Below, in pieces: positions 45,848 to 57,200 of a stretch of DNA of 64,000 bases. Each line of letters begins with the position of its first letter. Position 1 is the stretch's first letter. This DNA is from Paraspadella gotoi (Eukaryota; Animalia; Chaetognatha), in NCBI GenBank assembly GCA_051294375.1, contig CM119270.1, forward strand, positions 18,335,267 to 18,399,266, given 5' to 3'. The position numbers and the translations under genes were made by a program. The notes beneath the pieces are model-generated. The model worked only from the letters and a program-made list of their open reading frames with translations. It did not search any database and was not told the origin of the DNA.

Positions 45848-48800
45848 TCATTTCGACTTCTCTCCCCACTTGAACCCGGGCAGACTTATCATCTTCCTCA
45901 ACTCGGCCGCGCCGCCGCCACCGCCACCGCCCCCGCGACCCTTACCCGACCCGTTTTCAACAGGCTTACCAACCCCACCTCCCCCGCCGTAGCCGCATTC
46001 CTTGCCTTCCTCGTGCCCGCCCTCGCATTCGACGGTGGGTACGTGACCAGAGTCCCACTGGCCCGGGGAGCAGAGTTCGCAGAGGCCGACCAGCGTGCAC
46101 GGTATGCGGGGCAGGATACGAAAGCGGTGAAGGAGGCCGCGAGCTTTGCGCAGGACGAGGGTTCCGTTCATGTGCATCGCGAGGGTAGAGAAGTAGAAGA
46201 GGGTCTCGTCCGAGCGCATGTTTTGACTGTAAGGCGGAAAGGGGCTTCACCACATCAGTTTCAAATTTTCACTAAACGGTTAACAATTCGCACTCAAAAA
46301 TTCTCCCTTTAAACGGCTCACACGATATCGCATTCTCATTCCGTCTCACTTTCCCGACCTGACGATATCGTCGCCATACAATGCGACGATCGCAACGCAA
46401 ACGAATAAGTGAAAGTAATCCGTCTTCCACTGCGCCCAACACGCCTCCCAAATGGCCAGCGTTTCCCGCTCGGGGAATTCCCGCTTGAAGCAGAGGAGGA
46501 TCCATCGGTGGCAGAAGAGGAGCTCCATCGCGTCGCCGAATGACGCCAGGTGGGCGTGGAAGGTGGGAGTCAAAACGCGAAGCAACGCTCTGTGTGGAAG
46601 GCGGAGTAGAGTGGCAACTAATTAGATCAGCATTGAATTGCTGGACTCAAAAGCCGCTTGAAAATGTCACCTTAAATAGCCCAGTTGTTTCTCTATGTCG
46701 TTGTCCCTCGGGGAACTGACGAAGATGGTGTCGTTCATGAGTCCGACGAAGCACCAGAAAGCGTCGGCCTCGTTGCGGACCTGAGAGGAGAGGTGAAGAT
46801 CCGAAGTAGGGAGATCGAGTCTCCGAGACGACGTTTATTTTCCTATTTTTTTTTTTACCTGAACCATAATCGGAGCGAGGAGATCAGACATTCCCTGATT
46901 ATATCCGACTTTCGGACAGTGGAAGGCGAAATCGAGCAAGATGTGTTTCATGGTCGCGACGTTGGGGTTGCGCGCGCCGGCAAAGTATGGGTGGGATCTG
47001 AGGAGAGATAGAGAATGGAAAACAAATATTGATAAAGGATACCTAAAGGAGAAAAGTCATATATCCACCCTTCAATTCACCTGTCCGTCCTCACGACGTC
47101 CTTCTCCACTGTGCACTGGACGCTCCTCCAAAATGACGTCTTCTCCTCCCTCGTCATGTCCTCCCGGCGCCGCCGAATCTCCTCGTACTCCCGCGCGCGG
47201 CGCTCGCGGTGCCGCTGCCGTTCCTCCGAGCTCCAGCACCAATCGTAGTAGTGGAGCAGAAAGGGCCAGACGTCCTGACGAAGTGACGGGTCGAGCCCGC
47301 CGAAGAAGATGGCCTGGAGGAAAGGGAAAAGAAAAATCGTTAATTGTGGCGGTATATTCACACCGCCTGACGTCCACCATCCTTCAGCCAAATCCATTGG
47401 CTCAGAGGGGGAACACACCATCCCAGGCGTAGTGTTCCATCCACAGTCCTAACGACTTCCCTCTGCGTTGGCAAAGCGAGACCGTCCTAGGGTAACCGCG
47501 CCAGTGACTGGAGGCGTCACTGAGGGTCGGAAGCCCCCAAAGCCAACAGTGAGATGCCCCATCCCAATGGGCATCACAGGCAACCCGGCTGTTGCCATAT
47601 AATGTTTATTTTTTCTATTAAATTTGTTATGGTTTCTACTTTGACCCACCTTCCTGAGTTCGTAGTTGTCCCTGACGCTTCCGTCGTCGTCGATGTGCGA
47701 CTTCCACGTTTCCTGGTCGACGACGTCGTATTTCCGTTCCTCCGGGTGGCATTCCTCCGACGGGAGGCTCGAGCTCGAATGAACGGCCAGCATCTTGCAA
47801 CTTGAGAAGAGAAAGTGGATAAAATTAGCAGGATGAAGCGAGAATTAAGGTCATTTTGTAACAATGTAAACAAAGGAAGAATAAAACGAACCTAAAGACG
47901 TTCCTGACGTCATCCACGTCTTCGTCGGGCGCGAAGAGATCGAGGCCTCGAAAGACGTCGACTAACTTGTCGAGTCCTCCGTGGTGAAAGTGGAAGATCT
48001 TGTACTGACTCTCGCGGGAGGCGATGATCAGTTGACCGGAGGACTTGGAATCGTCCGTGAAGAAGAGACGAAGGTATCTGCGAAGAACAAGCAAGTGATT
48101 TAAAATAGACATACAATTAAACAATCTACATAAGACGCGAGAATATAAAACAATCTAAATCAATAAGATTCCTTCCCCTCACAATCACCGCATGTTAGCC
48201 AAATCGACGGAGAAGATGCCGAGCTGTCCCTCGGAAAGATGCTTGAGCCTCTCGACGTTAACGTTGGCGGCGCCGGCGGCGGAAGTGTCGGGAAAGTTAA
48301 GGTTCCTGTTGGCGGCGACGGTTTCCGGGTTGCAGTCGAGAAAGTCGGGTTTGGCGGGCGAATCGTTTCGCGGTGGAGAAGAGGAGGGGGAAGGAGTCGT
48401 CGCGGCCGAGTATCTGACAAAATCAAGAATGTTTAAAGTTTAGATGCATTTAGATTCAATTATAGATTCACGTTAAGCGTTAGCGTTTGTAATTGAAACA
48501 AAATCTCACAATATCGGGGGATCAGAGAGAGAATAGGCGCCGACGAATCTGAGCGGCGAAGCGAGCGTGGACGACGCCGGCGAATCGGCGCCTTCGGTGG
48601 AATCGCTGTCGGCGTCGTCCTCCACTTCTCTCGCCTCCTCCCCTTCCTCTTCCTCATCATTCTCCAGGTCGCTCTTTCTTCGTTGCCTCGTTTTCAACGA
48701 CGGGCTCTGACCCATGGAAGTGGCGCCGTTACAGGCGACGCCGCGCACGACGTTGGCGGCACCCTCGACCCCGCCCACTCTCTCGAAGGCGTCGACGAGA

Positions 48801-49354
48801 TCGGCGACGCTGGCCTTTCGCCGAAAGTCTGGTTTCTCGGCGGAGGCGTGGATGCCGGAGTCCGGAGAGTCGGAAGGGGGCGTGGAGGCGACGGAAGTGG
48901 GCGTGGAGTTCTCTTCGGCGAGACGGGGCATCGTCGTTTCTCCGTTTTTTGTTGTCGTCTTCGCCATCCTACCGCTGGGTGCGCTGACGGCCCTTTTAAG
49001 TCGGGCCGTCCGCGGGGAGTGTTCGACTCTCGGGTCGGAGATGGCGGGGTTGTCGCGCAGAGCCGAGTTGGGAATCCAAGTGAGGAAGATGGTGGAAGCC
49101 TCGACAGCGTCGTCGCCATCGCCGCCGCGGCCTGCTGCGACGTCCTGCCGCGCCTCGCGGTACCGCAGGGTCAAATAGCCCGGGTTGTGATGGGCGGAGA
49201 CTCGCAGCGTGGCCGTCGGGTGAACGCAGACGTTGTTTTTAGAAAAGACGATTTCCCCGTCGGCCGGTGGAGGGCGGGTGGGGGCGGGGGAGTGGGGGTC
49301 CAGCCCCAGGTAGGAGGTGGCCCTTTTGAAGAGGCCGGAAAGGGAAGACGCCAT
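45848..49354 (-). CDS. TBC1D16: TBC1 domain family member 16 (Rab GAP), multi-exon
   Basis: GEIVFSKNNVCVHP; LRLFF..SGQLIIASRESQYKIFHFHHGGLDKL; AIFFGGLDPSLRQDVWPFLL; VEKDVVRTDR; LLFCHRWILLCFKREF; LPRIPCTL. Confidence 0.95.
47345..47599 (+). mobile_element. Twister-element family 1, copy B (intron of TBC1D16)
   Basis: TGTGGC...GCCATA termini flanked by TAAT on both sides; A-box-like TGGCTCAGAGG; B-box-like GTTCCATCC; paralog of 3449-3700. Confidence 0.85.
47467..47547 (+). ncRNA. Type P5 twister ribozyme (predicted cleavage U47493/A47494)
   Basis: GTTGGC-AAA-GCGA-GA-CCG-TCC-TA-GGG-TAA-CCGC-GC-CAGTGAC-TGGAGGC-GTCACTG-AGGG-TCGGAAGC-CCCC-AAA-GCCAAC; P1 contains the palindrome CCTAGG. Confidence 0.82.
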
Positions 49355-51538
49355 CGTCTTTACGGCGAAAAAGTGAACGATCGAAGGGCAAAGTTTTTTA
49401 GTTTTTGATTTGAAGTGAGAAATCAATAAATGAAGAGAAAAAAGGGCATGGAACTTTCATTGGACTACTATGCAGACGGCAGATTTAGTCACTGAAAGGC
49501 TTACGTAACTACGTAAAACCTCGATTTAACTTACGCTCTAAGGTTTAATACTGCATAGCGTATACATATTTACACACAATTACATATGTATTTTGAATTT
49601 TAGATTTTCCTCGGCAAAGCAAAATTGTTTAGAGAGCTTTTCTGGAGCACAGGGGCGTTAACATTAACGGGAATACCGGTTTGACGAAACCCCAAAAAAA
49701 TCAATTAACGTCAAGGAATTTCGGATGACGTTTCGCGTTCAACAAAACAAAATGCAAATCGCAAAGAAATTCGAATCATAAAACAAAACGAGCGGCGATC
49801 CTTCCCAAGTCTAGGATTCCAGCCTCCAGGTCACCATATGTCGCCACATATGGAGGAAGGAGAAATTGAGGGGACGATGACCGGACGAGAGAAAAAAAGA
49901 AACGATCGTCCGGATTCGTCCCTCAGAGATTTCCAGAACTTTCTTGGAAAGCGTTCCGATAAAAACAAGACCTTAGGCTTTTTCGAGGAGCACGAAATGT
50001 CATTTGGACAGAAGACAGAAGTGGGGAAGAAGACTCTCTGTCTCTCTCTCTCTCTCTCTACGTCTCAACGCCCTCGATGGCAGAAACAAAAGACGTTGAG
50101 AACTGAACTTCTTAGGAGGCGGACACTTGCACTGCCACTTGCTCAATTCCGTAGTTTATAGAGATATTTATCTATTAATAGTCTATGAATAGTCATTGAT
50201 ATGAGATAAAAAAGAAAGCGCAGCTAAATTGTACATTCGCGGACCGGTATATACCGGTCGGTTATTTGTTAACTACCCTTACCATCCCTAAATCATTAAA
50301 AAAATAATATAAATAACAATTATTAAGATAAAAATAATTATTCGAACAATTTTTTTTTTCCAATAAACAAAAATATATTAAAAAAACTAATTTTAAATAA
50401 AACTCATTTTATTTTTGAATAATACTATACGAAAATATTTTTTTAACTAATAAAAAATATAGAAAAACTGAAACTCAGCGCTAAAGAAACAAAAATTATG
50501 CAATTAACAAACCACCGACCGGTGGTAGCTACAAGCTAAGGTAGGTTATGGTCAAATAGAAAATTTACCCGAAAGGGCCTTAGTAAAATATTTCACCCTC
50601 AAACGTTTTAACATCGATCTTAGGCTGTATGTATGTATGTATTCCGCTTTTTCAAAGCGTTCTCACTTAAAAGCCATATAAATTAGATCTGAATTTTAGG
50701 AGAAGGTTTTGGACTCAATTTTTTTAAGAGTCAGTGGAACTGTCAAGTTTGAATTTTCCAATGAATGAATTTTTCGGTTCTGCTTAATGATATACAGCGC
50801 GAAGTCGCTCTTACCCGAGGGAGAAAGTTTTTGTTTTGTCGTCTGTAATTAACTGGAAACGCGATGACGACCATCATCACTATCCAATATCCAATATCCA
50901 TTCAACTGATCTGTTTAACTTTAAGTTGGCACTCATCACTTGACGGACATCACCGTTCAGGCTTTACATGAAACAAACAACTCATTCCATTGCTTACAGG
51001 TTATTGGTTAATGTTTGTTGATGGTTATGTACCATTAAAACCAAACAGTATTTTTTTTTTTGCTAAAGACATCGCGATGAACACCAACGAAAAATCCTGT
51101 TCAAAATAACTTATTTTATAATTCGAACTAGTAACACAAAAGGCATAAAAGATAAAGACGATAAATTCGGTATATCAATATATATTTCTATTTCAATTAA
51201 AAAAAATGTATAAAAATATCACGAAAACTAGATAGAATTGGTCGTAGCTTTCTACCACAGATTAAGTTAAAATTACGTACGTAGACTATTCCCAAAAACG
51301 CTCTTTGCCTGGAATGTTCTAAACTGCCGAATGCCCGACGTAATTTCTAATAAAAAGATCACCCGGAATCTACCGACCGTATAATGCACTTTATGACGCC
51401 CATTAACCAAAAACAAACAATCGCCACACCGCGTGATCTTCTCTTTTGACTAATTTATAAAAGCGATAAAGCGGCAACCGCCAAATCTTTTTCAATGTCG
51501 TTTTTGTTCGACGGCTCTCCTCAGCCAGAGTTTATCTC

Positions 51539-53580
51539 TCAGACTTGATAGGTGGAGGAGGTGACGTTGCCCGAGTGGCCCGTCCAGTCGTTGTGAACGA
51601 ACGTGCCCGGTTCGGCGAGAGTCTCGAAGGTGTGGGCGCCGAAGTAGTCTCGCTGGGCCTGGATCAGGTTGGCCGGCACGAAGGCTGACCGGTAGCCGTC
51701 GTAAAAGGCCAAGGCTGAGGAGAGAGCCGGCGTCGGGACGCCGGCCATGACGGCTTTAGAGACGACGGAACGCCATCCGGCGTCGCAACGCTTCAACGCT
51801 GCCACGAAGAAGTCGTCGAGGAGGAGGTTGGCCAAGTCGGCGTCCTTCTCAAAGGCTCGTTTGATGTCTCCGAGGAACCGGCTGCGGATAATACAACCCC
51901 CGCGCCACATGAGAGCGATGCCACCGTAGTTGAGTTTCCAGCCCAACTCCTTGGAAGCCTCGCGCATCAGCATGAAGCCCTGGGCGTAGGAAACAATTTT
52001 GGCCGCATAGAGGGCCTGGGGGTTGGGAAGGAAGGGACAAAATTAATAATTTGATATTTAAAATTAATATTAAAGCGATTAAACTTCTACCTTTCGCATA
52101 TCTTCGATAAAGGCTTCCTTATCGACAGCGCCCTGCCAAACTGGTCCCGCCAGACGTTTGGACGCCGCCACGCGTTCGTCCTTAAGCGCCGAGAGGCAAC
52201 GAGCGAACACGCTCTCACCGATGAGGGTGACCGGCATTCCGTAATCGCACGCCGCTACCACCGTCCATTTTCCAGTTCCCTTATGAAACGCATTTAATCA
52301 ACAAATTTATAAAAAAAATAATAATTATAATTATAAACCCTTTTAAAGACTGACTTTCTGCCCGGCGGCGTCTCGAATCTTGGTGACCAGTGGCTGTCCG
52401 TCTTTGGGGTCCTTAAACCTAAGGATGTCCTTGGTGATCTCGATGAGGAAAGAGTCGAGCTCTCCCTTGTTCCACTCGTCGAAGATATCGGCCATCTCGT
52501 CGTGGTTCAGCCCCAGCAGATTCTTCATGATGTGGTAGACTTCGGCGATGAGCTGCATGTCGCCGTACTCGATCCCGTTGTGGACCTTGATAAACAAGAT
52601 GTTCCAAAGAGATGATTTATATTTTAAATTTCAATTCACTAACATATGCTGTTTCGTACCATCTTGACAAAGTGGCCGGCCCCTCCCCGCCCCACCCAGT
52701 CGCAACAGGGCTCCTTCTCAACTTTGGCGGCGATTTTTTGGAAGATGGGCCGAATGTGCGGCCAGGCTTCGGGAGAGCCGCCGGGCATGATGGACGGACC
52801 GTGTCGGGCACCGTCTTCGCCGCCGCTCACGCCGCAACCGACGAAGTGGATGCCTTAAGATGGATTATTATAAAAGAGCTAACATGAATATGTAGCAGAA
52901 TAATTTGTGGTTCATTTCAAATGAGATTGAGTTCTTCAATCTCATTTATATATTGTAGCAGTTTAGATAAATTCTTATATCTTTTGATACGGTTTTCATA
53001 GTAGTTTTATTTTACGGTTTAAGCAATACTTTTAATAGGCTTTTAAAAGGTCAATATGAGATGCCCCCGTTAGCTATATTGAATAGCCAATTGAATGAGG
53101 GTGAATGACATAATTGTTAAAAATAGAATGCGTCCCACAAGAGAGACGTAAAAAACGAGGATAAAGATCGAATCGGACTGCTCTTATCCCCTTCCCCCCC
53201 TCCCTCCCTTACTTACCTTTCTCGGCCAAGTACTTAAACCGCCTGTCCGAGTCTCGATACTCGGAGTTCCCGCCGTCGATGATGACGTCTCCAGCCTCCA
53301 GATGCGGGAGAAGCTTCTCGATGAAGTCGTCAACGGGCGACCCCGCCTTCACCATCAGCATCGCCCTCCGAGGCTTCTTGAGTTTGGCGGCGAAGTCGGC
53401 GAAGGAGTCGGCGCCGACGACGTTCGTCCCTTTGGCCTCGTTGTTCAAAAAGTGAGTCACCTTCTCCACGGTGCGGTTGAAGGCGACGACGACGAACCCG
53501 CGGTCGTTCATGTTGAGGATCAGGTTTTGACCCATGACGGCCAGGCCGATGAGACCGATGTCACCAACGGCAGAAGACAT
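51539..53580 (-). CDS. PGD: 6-phosphogluconate dehydrogenase, decarboxylating (5 exons)
   Basis: [17 protein letters not shown]; IIDGGN; [19 protein letters not shown]; [13 protein letters not shown]; DAAGQKGTGKW; [10 protein letters not shown]; [11 protein letters not shown]. Confidence 0.97.
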
Positions 53581-54279
53581 GATTGTTTATAAACAATTGT
53601 ATAAAAAATTTGTTTTTTTAATTTTTGAAGCGAATATCGAGTCTTTCTCCCGCTTTGGTTTTGTCGCCAAGGCTGAAAAAACAAAAACAAACAAGATAAA
53701 CATTCCTAGGAAATCGAGTGAAGCACGATTGTAAAATATTCTGTAAAAATTCTCAAGACAGAAAAACGTACCGCATTGGACGGTACGTAGTTAAATTGCA
53801 TTTACTGCCAAGAAGAAAGACGAAATAATTGCATGTAAACAACTACTTCTAAAAATGCAAATAACCTGGAAGCTAACTGATGAAAACACCCAGGAAAATC
53901 GTTAAGAAAAAGTCGAAATATAAAATTCTCATAAAACGCCTTAAAATATCATCGGGTTAAATAAAAAATCCTACATGATTTTAATTTCTATAATACTGTT
54001 CTATTACAATAAAATAAATATTCAACTAAACTTTTGTGTCCGACTAGAACATTTGAATTGTTGAATATAAAAGGTCTATAAAATAAATATTTCTTAAAAC
54101 CGAAGTTTCCGATGTTTGCGACTAAGACTAATAACTTGATTACTAACTTCATTACTAAATATTCAGGTCTGACGACAAATACTGAATGTTAATTTCGTTA
54201 TTAACGAGAAAGGCGTATGAAACCTCAACCCATAAAATGATAAATTATCATGAATCTTCAACAAGAAAAAGAATAGGAT

Positions 54280-57200
54280 TCAATTTTGGTGACGCCACTT
54301 CTCGGCGTCGCGCCTCCTCGCCTCCGGCGCGATCTGATTTCTCATCCCGCCCAACACGTTGGCCGTCGCCTCGGACGCCAACACGAGCGGCCGAACGAGA
54401 GTGGGCGGGATTTGGCGAAGGACGCCGCCGACGGCCCCGGTGACACCCTTCTCGTCGTGACCCTCGGCGGCGCCGCAAATGATGTTGGACGCCGTATCCT
54501 CGATCCCGGAGTAAAAGACTTGGTAAGCGTTGGAGACGCCCTCGCGAAGATCTGCGGGCGGAAGGGTTCGAATGGTGGTGGCGTCCGACGCCGTGTTGGC
54601 CGCGTTGGAGGCATGAGGCGCGGGGGGGCCGACGATTTGGCGGCGCCGACGCTGGCTCCGCAAGGCCGGGCCCGGGGACAACATCTCGTACATGGTCTCG
54701 GCCAAACAGTGAAACAAGTTAACGGCGCGGTTGCTCATTTCGATGGCGGCCAGGGCAGTAGAGGCACCGAAACTCTGGGTGCCTCGTTGGAGTCCAAGAA
54801 TGATGCGGCCGTCGCGACGGTACTGGTCGATGGGCATGAAGATCAAGTCCTTAAAAAGGGGTTGAATTTAGTTCATAAGACAAGATTTTTATAATCTCCA
54901 ATCCGTTTCCTTTTCACTCAATCCCAACCTCACCTTAATACCCCTGACGATCTGCACGACAGAGGCAACGGGCCCGACTCCGCCGAGGACGTAGGGAATC
55001 TGATTCCGCTTCACGTCGTTGAGCCACTCGTCGATAGCGTGCACTAGGAGGCGGTCCACGCCGAGGACGCCGTGACGAAAGGAAAGGCGCTTTAGGGTCA
55101 CCTGAAAAGATGGGGTGCGAAGACTTGTCAATTCTGATTGTCACTTAATCCCAAGTCTTTCCCAATCTTTCTATCTTAGTTTTCTTTACAATCATTCTCT
55201 CTCTTTCTTTTTCTATTCTTTCTTTCTCTCTCTCTCTTTCTTTACCTGAGAATCGGAGAGATGAGTGATTCCGACGAGGAGGCCGATCAACGGCCCCTGC
55301 TGCATATCCACGTGGCGACCGTGATAGTCGATGTGGATGGGGAGTTCGGGAGAGAAGACAAAGGTTTTGAAGTAGACAGGAGCGGAGGAGGATGAGGAAG
55401 AAGAGGACGGGGAGGAGGAGGAAGAGGCGGAGGCGAAGAGGAGAGGCGTGGTGGTGGGCGCCCCCTGACGGTCGACAATCACGTGAGCGGCCTCTTTGGT
55501 CTCGTCGATGAGAGCGGCGAGATGCTCGGCTTCTTCCAGGCCGAGATCAGCCTCCAAGGCCGAAAGGGTCGACGACGAAAGAGGCTGTTGTTTTAAAAAG
55601 TGTATTTTTTAAAAAAATTAACATTATAAAAATTGTATTTCTCATTTCCAATGCCTTCACCTGAGATGCAAGATCGGCCGGCATCGAAGCCGGAGCCACC
55701 GAGAAGATAGGCCGGTCATCCGGCTCTCGATCGCGTCGCGTCGTCGGCATCGAGTCGACGACATCTACCGACGACAGATGCAGGAAGAAGTCTTTGAGGA
55801 AGAAGAGGGTGTCTTGGTCGATGTTGAGAGCGATCGGCATCAAGGACACCTGAATGAGATATGAGAAGACGATTTAATTCAACGTAAAATAATTGTTCTC
55901 TCAACCGACGGACCGACCTTTAGGCTGCACTCCAATTGACCCGGCGACTCCTCGGGATTCGGTCGCAGATGCATCGCCCTCACATGCGCCATGTCGGCGT
56001 TGGAGCGGCGCGGGTATCGCTCCGAGGTGAAATGGTAGAGCAACTTGTTGACGTGAGAGGCCTCGAGTCGGTCGAGGATCTCGGCCTCGTGCACCAAGAG
56101 GATTTGACGAGAGGCTTGGGGCGCGCGCTCCGGATATTGCTCATGGAGGAAACGAAGCTTGTGAACGCAGACTGAGACGAGGACGCGATGGTCGCGAGAT
56201 CGGCCGCCGGCCGAGCGCCACGAGGCGAGGTCGTTTTTGCGGGCGGAGAGAGGGCGATGACGATTGGGGCGAGGGTCGAAGTCAGAGCCACCGTAGAGAT
56301 TCCAAAAGAGGGAAATCTCTTGGACGGCGAAGCGAATTTCGGATAAAGGAAATCCGTCGGGCGCAGCAAAGGCGTCGCGTTTTTTGACGGGCGCCTGGGG
56401 AAAAAAAGGACGAGGAGAAAAAAAAATATAGCTATAGGCTATAGTATAGGCTATAGGCTATAGTATAGCTATACATAAGCGACGAATCTTTCTCACCACG
56501 AAATGATTCTCCTCCACCACGATAGTTTCCTCGGGAAAGTAGCGCTTGACCGAGGGTTCTCCATCCCGCGGCGCGATTCCGAGTCCCGGTTCATCGATGA
56601 CACAAAAGTCATCGTCGCCGTAGTCTTCGATGGAGCGCCGGTCGTTCGAGCGACCGACGTCGCTGAAGACCTCGCGGACGAGAGCTTCCTCCCGCGCCTT
56701 TTCCGCCTCGTCGAGGGCGAAGGAGGCGGGGCCGATGGCGGGAACTTCAGCGAAGGGAGAAGACGCCGAGACGCCTAGAGAGACTTGGTCTTCGTCACGA
56801 CGGAAAAAGGCGGTGGTGGGTGGAAAGGCGGAGGCCGCCTCCATCGTCTCTTCCTCCTCATCGTCGCTCTCCATCATGGCGTCGGCGATGCTAATGTTGA
56901 CCCGCTCCGCCTGCGACAACGACAACTCGTCGCGCTGCTGCTCCCTCTCGTCATCCGGCTCGGGCGCGGCCGACGCGGAGGGGTTGTAGGCGAAATCACC
57001 GTCCGAAGCGAGATAGGAGAGTAAAGACTGGAATGGAAAAAAGACGAGGAAGAAAAAATGAAGAGGAGAAAAATGAAAGGGGGGGGGGCGAAAAGATAGC
57101 GAAATAGTTCAACCCTTTCTTTTTCAAAACGCGAGCCTTCTCTTATCTTCTTTTACCAGCAGCACCCCGCAGGAATCAGCGCACGTGTTGATGCGCACAG

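Noticed and set aside
47345-47599. Family 1 element read on the host-sense strand as an intronic H/ACA snoRNA or scaRNA
   Set aside because: The terminal ACA is ACG in the other copy and there is no clear H box. The opposite strand gives a complete twister core with pseudoknot covariation.
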